A stretch of 64,000 bases of DNA from Acidobacteriota bacterium (lineage in GTDB: Bacteria > Acidobacteriota > CAIWXX01). Shown here piece by piece: positions 50,508-60,914 of this stretch; the first letter of the stretch is position 1; the number at the start of each line of letters is the position of its first letter. The position numbers and the translations under genes are program-made. Location of the stretch: the NCBI GenBank assembly GCA_040755995.1, contig JBFMAF010000004.1:70117-134116 (forward strand), written 5' to 3'. The notes beneath the pieces are model-generated. The model saw only the letters and a program-made list of their open reading frames with translations. It searched no databases and was not told the origin of the DNA.

Positions 50508-52100
50508 ATGAGCACGTTTGAATCCGGGGCGGAATTGAAGGAGCGGAAGGCCAGTGAGATCGTGATCGGATTGGTTGGGGCCCTGGGGACGGACTTCGAC
50601 ATGGTCTGTGGTCTGATTGAGGCAAAGCTCAAGCAGTTTGACTACCGGACGAAGACGTGGCGCCTTAGCGAGTACATAAGAGCCTATCAGGAGTTGGCTG
50701 GTGTCAGGTTGGACGAGACTTCCGAGTACATGAGGTTGAAGACATACATGGATGGCGGAGACGAGCTGCGCCACCTCGGGGAGAGAGACAAGGACTCTGA
50801 GGGGAAGCGCACGCAGGCCCCTGAGGGAAAGCGCACGAGAGATATCCTCGCGTGCCTTGCCGCGGTGGACATCGCGGATCAACGCAAGGGAACTGCTCAG
50901 CCCTCTGTCGCACACCTGCTGCGATCACTGAAGCGGAAGGAGGAGGTTGATACCCTGAGGTCTGTGTATGGCCTTGGGTTCTACTTGATCGGTATATATA
51001 CCCCGGAGAAGGAGCGCCTCGACTATCTTCGGCACGTCAAGAACCTGACCGAAGGACAAGCGCGTGAGCTCATGGAGCGCGACGAGCAGGGAGAAGAACC
51101 CTGGGGTCAGAACACGCGACAGACGTTCGTAATCTCTGACTTCTTTCTCAACGCCTCGCGCAGGGCATCAGTCATGAACGATCTAGGTCGCTTCTTCGAT
51201 TTGGTGTTCGGCCATCAGTACATCTCTCCGGAGCCAGATGAACATGCCATGTTCCTGGCACATGCAGCGTCGATGCGTTCGCTTGCTCTCTCACGGCAGG
51301 TCGGTGCCTGCGTAACCTCGCCCAATCACGATGTTCTTGCCGTGGGCACGAATGAGGTCCCTAGCCCCGGAGGAGGCCAGTACTGGCCCGGGGAGTATGA
51401 TCAACGAGACCACAAATGGCGCCCTCAGGTCGGCGAGGCGCGCGACTCAAATGACGCCGTCCGAGAAGTAATTGTCGACGATGTCGTGAAGAGAGTTGCC
51501 AAGGTAGTGGGTGCAGAATACAGGGATCGCTTGGTAGAAGAGATCGATAGGAGCAGAATCGAGAGGGTCACGGAGTACGGGAGGGTTGTGCATGCGGAGA
51601 TGGAGGCGTTGCTTTCATGCGCGCGCTCTGGGGTATCGCCAGTCGGAGGAACCCTATTTACGACGCTGTTTCCGTGCCACAACTGCGTCCGCCACATTAT
51701 TGCTGCAGGAATTAGCAGGGTGGTGTACCTCGAACCCTATCCAAAGAGCCTTGCTGAGGATCTACACAGTGATGCGATCTCAATCGACAGCGAGGACAGC
51801 CCGTGCCTTCCCAGGAAGGTGCGCTTCCAGGTCTTCACTGGAGTGGCGGCCAGGCGCTACATTGACCTCTTCTCCATGAATCTTGGCTGGGGGTACCGAT
51901 TCGAGAACGAGTACAGCAGGAAGCACGAAATAGAAGATCCTCACCGGCGTGGGTATGTGCGTGAGCCCAATCGTGAGGTGCGGGTGAAAATGCAGAGATT
52001 CGGGTATGTCGAAGCCGAGGAGAAGCTTGCCACTGACACGATGAAGCTGCTAGAATCTCCTCAGATGGGAGGTAGGCGTGGACACGAAGGACCGTCTTGA
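50508..52100 (+). CDS. Anti-phage-type dCTP/dCMP deaminase (kinase-like plus deaminase domains)
   Basis: EIVIGLVGALGT, SLKRKEEV, LSRQVGA, GTNEVP, HAEMEA, FPCHNC, EPYPKS. Confidence 0.88.
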   Translation: MSTFESGAELKERKASEIVIGLVGALGTDFDMVCGLIEAKLKQFDYRTKTWRLSEYIRAYQELAGVRLDETSEYMRLKTYMDGGDELRHLGERDKDSEGKRTQAPEGKRTRDILACLAAVDIADQRKGTAQPSVAHLLRSLKRKEEVDTLRSVYGLGFYLIGIYTPEKERLDYLRHVKNLTEGQARELMERDEQGEEPWGQNTRQTFVISDFFLNASRRASVMNDLGRFFDLVFGHQYISPEPDEHAMFLAHAASMRSLALSRQVGACVTSPNHDVLAVGTNEVPSPGGGQYWPGEYDQRDHKWRPQVGEARDSNDAVREVIVDDVVKRVAKVVGAEYRDRLVEEIDRSRIERVTEYGRVVHAEMEALLSCARSGVSPVGGTLFTTLFPCHNCVRHIIAAGISRVVYLEPYPKSLAEDLHSDAISIDSEDSPCLPRKVRFQVFTGVAARRYIDLFSMNLGWGYRFENEYSRKHEIEDPHRRGYVREPNREVRVKMQRFGYVEAEEKLATDTMKLLESPQMGGRRGHEGPS

Positions 52101-52266
52101 GCAGTTCATGAAGAAAGCCGCGGATCGAGTTCAGGCGTGGCCGGACTGGAAGCGCAATGTCGGCCTCACGGACCAAGACCGCCAGTTTGAGCGGTATGTA
52201 CCGGAGCCCGAACGCGTAGAACCGGCCGACCATCCAGACGCGTCCCAGGAGCTTGACCGCCGCTAG
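52078..52266 (+). CDS. Small hypothetical protein overlapping the deaminase 3' end
   Basis: GTG start with GGAGGT RBS; 62 aa. Confidence 0.5.
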   Translation: MDTKDRLEQFMKKAADRVQAWPDWKRNVGLTDQDRQFERYVPEPERVEPADHPDASQELDRR

Positions 52267-52284
52267 TTCCTGTTGCCGGCCGCA

Positions 52285-52685
52285 TCAGTACTCGTTCTGG
52301 TAAGGGATAGACTGATTGGCCGGAATGCCCCAATAGGGGTTCCACTGCTGTTCCGCGAAGACGAACCATGCCGTTGCGCCGACATGCAGTCGGTTGAAGT
52401 AGTACCAGGGGCCGCCAGTAGGTAGATCGAAGCCGGTCGTCAGTCCGTCGTGGACTGTCGCGACAATGCCATCGCCGTCGTGTCGCGGCGCCCTGGCCTG
52501 GGCCTGGCGCAACTCGTCTCGGTATTTCGTGGCATTCTCGTACGCGAAGGACCTGGTTGAGCCGGAACTGAAGTGGTACAGCGGCCAGAGGGCGGATACC
52601 ACGTGAGCCGTGCCCTCGCACCAGACGCCGTCTCTGTCGGTATTGAAGTCGACACCCTCGAACACGGTCCCGCCGGCGGTCTCCC
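52285..52685 (-). pseudogene. C-terminal fragment of a disrupted secreted glycosidase-like gene
   Basis: ETAGGTVFEGVDFNTDRDGVWCEGTAH...LHVGATAW...NPY, with no start of its own. Confidence 0.75.
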
Positions 52686-54652
52686 TCGCGTTTACGCGGA
52701 CAAGTACAGCGTCGGCAACCACTTCGAGCCGACCGGCCGGATGGGCGATGTGAGGGACATCGAATTCGATCCGGGGAACACCGGCACATGGCACTCGGGA
52801 GGGAACTCCATTCGCATCACGTATACGCCCAGGGGCACGGAAGGCTGGGCGGGCATCTACTGGCTGCACGCGGCCAACAACTGGGGGACTGATCCAGACG
52901 GAGGTTTCAATCTCACCAGCGCGACGGCGATCACGTTCTGGGCAAGGGGCCAGAAAGGCGGCGAGAAGGCCGAATTCGGAGTCGGCGGCATCACGGGCCC
53001 CTATCCCGATACGATCCAACCGAAGCTCTCGTTCCGGGCGAAACTGACGAAAGGTTGGAAGCAGTACCGAATCAACCTCTCCGGCAAGGACTTGAGTCGG
53101 GTTGTCGGCGGATTCCTCTGGGTGACGAGCCGCGCGGACAACCCCAAGGGAGCCACGATTTACCTGGATGACATCCGCTACGAAGGTTTCAGCAACAAGC
53201 TGCGCCTGAGCGAGAGCTACGTCTCGCTGACCAATTTCGTTCCGCCCCGACCCATGGACACGCACAAGTACCTGTACGTCTATGCAGACTACGAGTCAGC
53301 AGTGAACGCATACTGGAGGAACGCTTACTACGAGAGCGGCTGGATGGGCGACTGGGGCGACATCAGCCTCGACCTGAACGACACCGCGAATCGTCACAGC
53401 GGCACGTCCGCCGTGCGCGTGAGCTACTCGGCAGCGGCGAGCCAAGGCCAGAAGTGCGCCTCTAGTCCGGCGCCAACGTCTCAACAGGCTGAAGACCCTG
53501 GCCGGCGAGAAGGCGGCAGATGCGAGGCGCCGAGGAGCGAGGAGCGCAGCGTACGCCGTGGTACGTGAGCACCGCAGCGACGAAGGCAACGAAGCAGATG
53601 CCGCCTTGTCGCCGGATCAGGGTGGGCGCGAGGCAAGGCGGGCGGGGAGAAGGTCAAGTTCCTCGTGGGCGGAATCACCGGGCCCTACAACGACACGCTG
53701 CAACCGCCGCGAAGCTCGGGTGTGGTGGCGCTCACCAAAGATTGGCGGAAGTACAGCATCGGTCTGGGCGGCGCGGACCTGTCGCGGATCGGCGGCGGCT
53801 TCGCCTTCGCAATCGAGAAGGCCGCAAACCCGAGGGGTGCGACGTTCTACCTGGACGACATTCGCTACGAGAACGCGTCGAACCCTCCGGGCGATGTCTA
53901 CCCGCCGGCCGAATTCCCCGTCGACTGCTATTCCATGATGGCCGGCCACACCTACGACAATGCACTGATGCTTCTCGCCTTCCTCTCCACCGGCGACCCC
54001 GGTGACGCCGCCCGCGCCCGATTGCTGGGTGACAGCCTCGTCTGGGCGCAGCAACATGACGAGATCCCCGACGGACGCATCCGGAACGTCTACTACCCCG
54101 ACGATCTCGCCACCGGCACGACATACGGCAACAAGGGGGACGTCGCCAGGCACAACTACGACAAGTACGGAAACGGCGTCGGGCCGGGCAACATGAGCTG
54201 GGCGATGGTTGCTCTGCTGGATCTCTACCAGCGACTCGGCGGCGATGAATACAAGGAATCGGCGCTGGCGATGGGCCGGTGGATCGTGAAGAACACGTAC
54301 AGCACGACCGGAGCCGGCGGCTACACCGCCGGTGTGAACGGCTGGGAGTCGAACCCGGACGTTCTGACGTACAAGTCCACCGAGCACAACGTCGATGTCT
54401 ACGTTGCCTTCATGAAGCTCTGGGAGGTGACCGGAGACCGCATCTGGCGCGATCGCGCAATGCATGCGAAGCGATTCGTCGCCTCAATGTGGGACGACAC
54501 GGGCGCCTTCTTCTACACCGGCACCAGACCCGACGGGATCGCCGTCAACGACGACAACTTCCCTGTCGACGTCATGCCTTGGGGTTTCCTGGCGATGGGT
54601 GAAGTCGACAAGTACGGACGCGGGTTGAAATCTGCACTGAATAGGCACTACC
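52678..54652 (+). pseudogene. Inverted central part of the same gene: two CBM-like repeats plus an (alpha/alpha)-barrel-like domain
   Basis: Repeated MGD...WARGxxGGEK...GGITGPY...YLDDIRYE units, then TYDNAL...GNMSW...KSTEHN; interrupted at ~53461-53622. Confidence 0.75.
53495..53623. mobile_element. Palindromic MITE/REP-like element
   Basis: Terminal inverted repeats ACCCTG-GCCGGCGAGAAGGCGGCA versus ACCCTGATCCGGCGACAAGGCGGCA (reverse complement of the right end); central CGTAC-n6-GTACG. Confidence 0.75.
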
Positions 54653-55243
54653 GTTGTAGTGGTCGTTCCCCTGGTACGGCACCTGATTCCACTGGAAATC
54701 CGGTATGAGGCTCACGTAGAAGCTGCTCCCCCACTCGTGGTGCACGTAGGCGAGCTTCTTGCCATCGGGGGAGAAGACCGGGTTGTGATCGAACGTGAAG
54801 CCGGTCGTCTCCAGTATGGACGACGGCGCGGACACAAGGTCGTAGTAGTAGATGCCGTCGACGTAGTCTCCCCATACGACACCGTTGGCGGGCGAGGTCC
54901 AGCTTGGCTCATACGCCATCCCCTGCTTCAAGGCGTACTGCCACACCTTGCGGGCAGGATCACAGAAGGCGAGGAAGTCCCGTCCCTTCCGAGTGAGAGT
55001 GGCCAGCAGCAACGATCCGTTCGGCGCCCACGCCACATCCTCGATCCCGTCCGCAGAAAGCACCCTCTGCTTGCGGGCTCTCTCCGGATCGACAAACCAC
55101 AAGGAGTCCTTGGCACCAGACTCCGTAGTGACGGATGCCGTGACAGCGATCTGTCCAGGCGCGGCTGCATGAGCGCTTGAGCATCCCCACAGGAAGACCA
55201 AGATCGCCAGCAGGATCGAGTGAGACCATGGTTTGAGTGTCAT
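54650..55243 (-). pseudogene. N-terminal fragment: signal peptide plus TolB/PD40-like propeller, truncated at the inversion junction
   Basis: MTLKPWSHSILLAILVFLWGC..., VAWAPNG, PVFSPDGKKLAY. Confidence 0.7.
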
Positions 55244-55301
55244 AGTTACCTTCTTTCCGACGCGAATATCCGGTGGTCCCAGGCTTCGGACTCCACAAGC
55301 A

Positions 55302-57290
55302 TCATCGAAGTCTGCATCGTCTCCTCCCTCGTGCACGCCCCCGTGCCGCCGCCTGCTCGGCGGCTGGCAGGCTGACTTTGTAAAGTTGCCAGTAGTTCTC
55401 AGCGAAGGTCTGGGGCGAGAAGAACGTATCCTCGACTTGGTCGGTTGTTCTGGCGAGGATCCGGGCATATTCGTCGTCCTTCGCCCTCACGTCGACTGCT
55501 TCCTCGATGGTTTCTTTCAGCTCTTTGACCATAGCCACGTAGAGACCGCTGCCCATTCGAGCGCTTGGATCGGTCGCGGTCTCGATGTCCCTCCACGCCT
55601 GGCCGAGGTCGATGCCACCGACTTTCTCGCGGTATGACAGGCCGCAGGGCTCTCCGCTCGCCAGGTGAGCTTGCCGCGTGAGCCCTCCGGTCTCTCTGAC
55701 GATGATCGGTGTTCCCATCGAGAGCGGCTCCGTCGCGCCCCCGCAGGGCTCGTACAGTGACGGCCAGACGCTCCAGCACGCCCCGGATTGGATGGCCATG
55801 AGATCATCAGGGGGAAGGCGGCCCTCGATCACTATCACCTTTCCCGGCCAGCCTTCTGCCAGCGCGGTGATCTGTCGGTAGAAGGGAGCAGGTTCAAGAC
55901 CCGTGACAATTGGAGTCAGGACAAAACGCACGTCCGACGAGCCGTCCTCTTTCAGGAAACCGTCGATGGCGTGCGCCAATACATCGAAACCCTTCTGAGA
56001 CGGGTCGAAACGCCCCATGCTGTGGAAGTAGACCGTCCGTTCCGTAGGATCGTCGAGATGTCCGGTCACTCGGATCCCTTGGATCTTCTTGTTCTCCAGC
56101 TCCCGAAGTGCTTCGACCATTGCCTGCCGGTGTTTGGCCTTTTGAGAAAGAACCGGTTTGGAGTCGCCCCGTATACACGCGTCTCTCTCGTTCCTTCCGT
56201 AAGTCCTCCACTTGTCATCAGAGTAGAAATTCGCATTCTGGACCCCGACCGCGCCCTGGTAGCGGAGCGGGCTTTGCAGGTGGGGGGCAAAGTGAACGCT
56301 CATCAGGGGATCCGGGGTCAGTCCGCCAAGATCCTCAGCGAAGCCCGGACTGACGATGGCGATCGGCCCGTCGAACAGGCCCAACATGCATTCCAAGACG
56401 GTGTCTGGAAGCGGCTTTCTGATCCCCACGTCGCGATGGAACGGGAACGGCCAGTGGCTATCGGTGAAGTTCGTGATGCTCGCGAGCATGTCCCGGTCGC
56501 GCACGAGATGATCGAATGGGTTGTGAAGCGTGAGCACCAGGACGGCGGATTCGAGCGCTCCGTCATCCCGAGCCAGATCCTCCTTGACCGTGAGTGCGAG
56601 GGCGCCGAAAGTCCAATCGTGAGCATGGATCACGAGGTTCGTGGTATGTCCCAACGCCCGCAGCACGGACGGCACCGCCTTCGAGGCAAACAGGGCGTCC
56701 CTGAGCAAGAGAGAATGCAGTGAGTCCCGTTGTTGCGGGCCCTCCACCCCGTAGAAATAGGGATCCGTTCCACGGCGAGGTTGTCCGTCGGGTCCAGTCC
56801 CCTGCGGGCAACCGCCGTCCGCTTGGAAGAACTCCCCGGTTCTATCCTTGAACAAGTACCACGGACGAGGTCCATGCCATCGGGTCTGATGCGACGCTTC
56901 GAAGATCTCGACTTCCACGTCGCGTCCATCGAACGCTACGGTACACCTGCACTTGCGCGCAGGAGGAGCAGCCCGCGTGTCGAACACCTTCGTGTGATAG
57001 GGGCTCAGACGCACGAACTTCGCACCCGGGAAGTCGGGACAGGGCCACTTCTCCAGAGCGTCCGGAAGGAGGCGCGCGATACTCTCGAGGCCGCCGCTCT
57101 TGGCCCAAGGCGATTCCCATGAGACCGAGACGACGGTCAAATGCTTGCGGTCCATCCGGGATCGCCCGTGCTGCACACGGCCGATCTTCTCGCCCAAGAG
57201 GTTCGACTCCAAGTACGTGTTGCGGGTCCAGCTCGCGAGATCTTCGATGCGGAGAAGACCGTTTTCTGTGGGCATTGAACCTGTTGACAT
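55302..57290 (-). CDS. Divergent glycogen/starch-synthase-like glycosyltransferase (GT-B, GT5-like)
   Basis: ESPWAKSGGL (KxGGL), HAHDW, TLHN, GRFDPSQKG, PSLYEPCG, TGGL. Confidence 0.75.
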   Translation of the reverse strand: MSTGSMPTENGLLRIEDLASWTRNTYLESNLLGEKIGRVQHGRSRMDRKHLTVVSVSWESPWAKSGGLESIARLLPDALEKWPCPDFPGAKFVRLSPYHTKVFDTRAAPPARKCRCTVAFDGRDVEVEIFEASHQTRWHGPRPWYLFKDRTGEFFQADGGCPQGTGPDGQPRRGTDPYFYGVEGPQQRDSLHSLLLRDALFASKAVPSVLRALGHTTNLVIHAHDWTFGALALTVKEDLARDDGALESAVLVLTLHNPFDHLVRDRDMLASITNFTDSHWPFPFHRDVGIRKPLPDTVLECMLGLFDGPIAIVSPGFAEDLGGLTPDPLMSVHFAPHLQSPLRYQGAVGVQNANFYSDDKWRTYGRNERDACIRGDSKPVLSQKAKHRQAMVEALRELENKKIQGIRVTGHLDDPTERTVYFHSMGRFDPSQKGFDVLAHAIDGFLKEDGSSDVRFVLTPIVTGLEPAPFYRQITALAEGWPGKVIVIEGRLPPDDLMAIQSGACWSVWPSLYEPCGGATEPLSMGTPIIVRETGGLTRQAHLASGEPCGLSYREKVGGIDLGQAWRDIETATDPSARMGSGLYVAMVKELKETIEEAVDVRAKDDEYARILARTTDQVEDTFFSPQTFAENYWQLYKVSLPAAEQAAARGRARGRRRCRLR

Positions 57291-57631
57291 CTTATGCTCC
57301 TGCTTCTGCGTTCGGCGCCGAGGTAGGGCAGGCGCGTGGCCGGATCGCAACACAGCGCTGCTTCCCCGCAGGCTCTCCAGTGCGCATCATCCCTCTCTAT
57401 CTGATTAGTGCGACGATGCCTCAGGAATCTTGGGCGGAGCTGCGGAGTGCTGATCTGATCGTGACTTCTCAAAACGCTGTCCGGGCTCCCTGCCAGACTC
57501 TTGTCCGGCGTCTCCGCGTGCCCGAACCCCTTCGGTAACTCCCATGATCGGAATTGGAGCCGAGGCAGAAACGAGAACTGCTTCTGAAGCACAAAATCGG
57601 GCGGTACCCAGGTGGGATTCCGCCGTTTGCG

Positions 57632-58621
57632 TCACACGTCGATCTCCATCGTTTCGTTCCCTGGAGTACCGAATCGGATAGTCCGACCGATGCTCAGGAT
57701 TGCGATTCTCCCGTTGAACTCAGCGACAGCGGCGTCTGCAGTCCTGAGGCGACGCTCCCCGAGCTGAGAGAACATCGCGAGAGCCTCTTTGAACGAACCG
57801 TGTCGAAGGCCGACCGGGTCGTCATAAGCGAAATGCGATGTCAGGAAGAGCGACAACGGGTGACCATCGGAACGAGCCTTGTCGAAGGGGTAGCTGAAGG
57901 ATTGGGAGTTATGTTTCACGCATTCTTCGTACTGCTTCTTCAGCTCATATCGTTCTATGCCGACCACCAGCGGGGAGCAACGCCGCGGCAGGTCCATGTC
58001 GTAGAGAAGGTATGCGCAGCCGGCCGCCCCGTGCCCCGAGAGCGTCTGATACTGCGGTCTCTCGATCTTCGCGGAATTGGCGTCGACCTTCTTCGCCTGC
58101 AGGATCAGCGACTTCACTGCGTAAGGGAAGTCCGGGAGATCAATGACCATGATGAATCCCAGATCCGCACCGGTTGTCTTCTCGAGCTTCCCGCCGCGGG
58201 AGAGGTCGTAGTAGAAGAAGTCCACGTCCTTCTCGACCGAGTAGAGCTGCAGACATGTCTTGCGGAACTCCGTTCGCATCAGAAAGACGGCGCTATCGAT
58301 CTCGGAGACCAGACTGCCGGTCAGCCTCTCCTCATGGCTCCGCTGCGGCACGAATCGGCTGATCAGACGAATCTCGGCGCGAATCAGGGCCTTCAAGACC
58401 AAGTCGAAAAGGGGGTTCTCGCAGACCTGCTCCTCCGTCACCGCTCGAACCATCTCCCGCGGCGCAGGGGCTCTATCGTCGCACAATGGACAGTGTCCAC
58501 GGTGGCCGAAGCGTAGATGTCGAGCCAGTCTGTAAGGCTGCCCGTGAATCCACGCGAAGTACCCCTTGCCCTCCCGGAGCATCCAAAAGAAATCGTCCTT
58601 GAACGTGTCACACGCTGGCAT
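57632..58621 (-). CDS. Hypothetical PD-(D/E)XK-like nuclease-fold protein
   Basis: EERLT...EKTTGADL...LILQAKK; N-terminal HGHCPLC. Confidence 0.55.
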   Translation of the reverse strand: MPACDTFKDDFFWMLREGKGYFAWIHGQPYRLARHLRFGHRGHCPLCDDRAPAPREMVRAVTEEQVCENPLFDLVLKALIRAEIRLISRFVPQRSHEERLTGSLVSEIDSAVFLMRTEFRKTCLQLYSVEKDVDFFYYDLSRGGKLEKTTGADLGFIMVIDLPDFPYAVKSLILQAKKVDANSAKIERPQYQTLSGHGAAGCAYLLYDMDLPRRCSPLVVGIERYELKKQYEECVKHNSQSFSYPFDKARSDGHPLSLFLTSHFAYDDPVGLRHGSFKEALAMFSQLGERRLRTADAAVAEFNGRIAILSIGRTIRFGTPGNETMEIDV

Positions 58622-59179
58622 TGTGCATTTCCTCCCTCTCATAGTGTTAGTGTCTTCAGCGCTTGCCTGTCTTGGCCTCTGTTGAGAAATAGCGGCGGTC
58701 CGTCGCGTAGTCTCTCGGGAGGGCGCGCACAACGCACACAAGGCTGTCGGCGGACGTCGCGATCTGCGCTGGTGTGCTTCTCTGACTGAAGAAGCTCACA
58801 GGGCCACGTTCCGGATCGCCTGTGGGGCATGGATCGCTCGCAGCACACCCCGCCGTTCACCTCCCCGGGGACGGGCCATTACAAGCCTCCCGCGACAGCC
58901 GTTGCTCCAATTGGACCAGAGAGCCCCGCAGCACGGCTCGAGTCCCGGAGTCTGGCGGGTGCCGGAGCCCGTAGCGGGCAGGAAAATATAGCGCTGGGAC
59001 CAGATTGGGCACTTGCGCCTTGTGACGGACGTCGCCAATTGGCTGCTGGACGCACTGAGGAGCGGGAGAAGGCTGTGGCGTTCTGCAAGATTCTTCCGAT
59101 GCCGAGACACTAATAACAGTAGGAGGGATGGCTCGGGGATTCGACCTCCAACCCCGTCAAAGGAAAGGAGCCCAGCACG

Positions 59180-60751
59180 ATGCCTGCAAGAGCGAAGCAA
59201 TGGCCGCTGTCCATCTACTTGTTGAAGCAGGAGTTCACTGAAGCCGACAAGGTAGTGCGTCTGGGCCGAGGCGCGAAAAGCGTGGTAATAGGTCGCGGTC
59301 AGGGGACCATGGGAACCGTCTTCTACCGACCGAGCCCCTCGCGACCTCCGCGATGGGTGGCATTCTTCGGTCCCCATCTCGAGTCAAAGAGGATCCTCTG
59401 TTCAGGCGTTGCGGCCGTCCTGATCGCAGAGGCGGCGGACAGACTGTTCGCCCTCACATTCGGCACTGGCAGGTACCTCCTGAATCCGGGCTCGTTCCAG
59501 GAGGGGTTCGGACTGCGTGCAACCCTCAACTCCGTCAGCCCTGACAGCATTCGCACCATCGATCGAAAGACCCTTGATGCGACGGGACGTCATTCGAGGG
59601 AGCAGGCCAGCCGGAACATCCCGATCATTGAGTTCGGACTGGACATCGACAAGGACATACTGTGTGCCGTCACGGGCCCGCCCGAAGACTCCTCGCTTGG
59701 GACTCGCATTACGGGTGCCGACGCCCTATCAGTGATTGCGGAGGTGGATCTTGAGCACCTGCGGCCACTGCTCAAAGCGTATCTCACACAATACGAGAAG
59801 CTCACCTACCGGGACAGATTCCCCTGGGTAGACAACATCCGAGAGATTGGCGATGCCCGGCTTTGTCACCAGCTGGACGCAGAACTGGAAGAAAGAATCC
59901 GGACTCGCGACCTGGAGCGAACATGGATGGCCGTGCCGGACCTGCTCGATTGGTCCGATGTTGCGGGCTTCACGTATTCAACAGCGAAGGCATCGGTTCC
60001 CATGGACGACATTGGATTCGAGAGCTATCTGAACTACGTGAGAGACCCAGCCCATGTCGACCTCGCACGCTTACACAGGCATCGCGTATATAGCATTGAC
60101 GCGGGAACAGGTGAGCCGAAGTCCGAATGGCCGGTCTACAAATGCATCTATGCTGAACTGGACAGGGCCGAGCGGACATACCTACTCAATGGCGGGCGTT
60201 GGTACGAAGTCGCCCGCGGGTATGTTCGCGAGGTCGATGCTTCCGTCGGCCGCATCCCGGCCTCACAGAGCCTAGCGCTTCCAGACTTCACAGATCGAAA
60301 CGAGGTGGATTACAACCGTCGCGTGAGTAAGAGGGACCCGGTCGCCTACGCGCTGATGGATCAGAAGATGATCCAGTATGGCGGAGGAGTCAGCAGAATC
60401 GAGTTCTGCGATCTCTACACTCGCATCAAGCAAATCGTCCATGTCAAGCGCTACGGTGGGTCCGGTACCCTGAGCCACCTGTTCGCGCAAGGCCGCGTAT
60501 CATCCACACTGTTCCTCAACGACCCGCTCTTTCGAACCGCCGTCAACAAGCTATTGCCGGGCACACACAAACTACGTTCTCCCGGTGGCCCTGTGAAGAC
60601 GAGCGAGTACGAGGTGGCGTACGTTATCGCCAGCAAGGCTAGCGGCCCACTGGTCTTGCCGTTCTTCAGCCGCGTGACCCTGCGCTCCGCGGCGACGGAA
60701 TTGCGAAACATGGGCTACCGCGTGACCCTCAACAAGGTCCAGTGCGCATGA
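59180..60751 (+). CDS. DUF6119/TIGR04141-like sporadically distributed protein
   Basis: SIYLLK, FALTFGTGR, FGLRATLN, IEFCDL...VHVKR...LSHLFAQG, LPFFS; AGGAG RBS. Confidence 0.8.
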   Translation: MPARAKQWPLSIYLLKQEFTEADKVVRLGRGAKSVVIGRGQGTMGTVFYRPSPSRPPRWVAFFGPHLESKRILCSGVAAVLIAEAADRLFALTFGTGRYLLNPGSFQEGFGLRATLNSVSPDSIRTIDRKTLDATGRHSREQASRNIPIIEFGLDIDKDILCAVTGPPEDSSLGTRITGADALSVIAEVDLEHLRPLLKAYLTQYEKLTYRDRFPWVDNIREIGDARLCHQLDAELEERIRTRDLERTWMAVPDLLDWSDVAGFTYSTAKASVPMDDIGFESYLNYVRDPAHVDLARLHRHRVYSIDAGTGEPKSEWPVYKCIYAELDRAERTYLLNGGRWYEVARGYVREVDASVGRIPASQSLALPDFTDRNEVDYNRRVSKRDPVAYALMDQKMIQYGGGVSRIEFCDLYTRIKQIVHVKRYGGSGTLSHLFAQGRVSSTLFLNDPLFRTAVNKLLPGTHKLRSPGGPVKTSEYEVAYVIASKASGPLVLPFFSRVTLRSAATELRNMGYRVTLNKVQCA

Positions 60752-60914
60752 GGGAAACATCGATGGTCCCTGTACTCCAGAGGGTGTCTCCCATCGTCCG
60801 TGATGTGGTCCGGGCAACCACCGGCTGGTATTCGTGGTGGTCGGTCCCTGGGGCGGCGCAGACCGCGAGGTGCCGCACGGGGGTACTGAAGGTTTTCAAG
60901 GTGGAGGGCATGTG

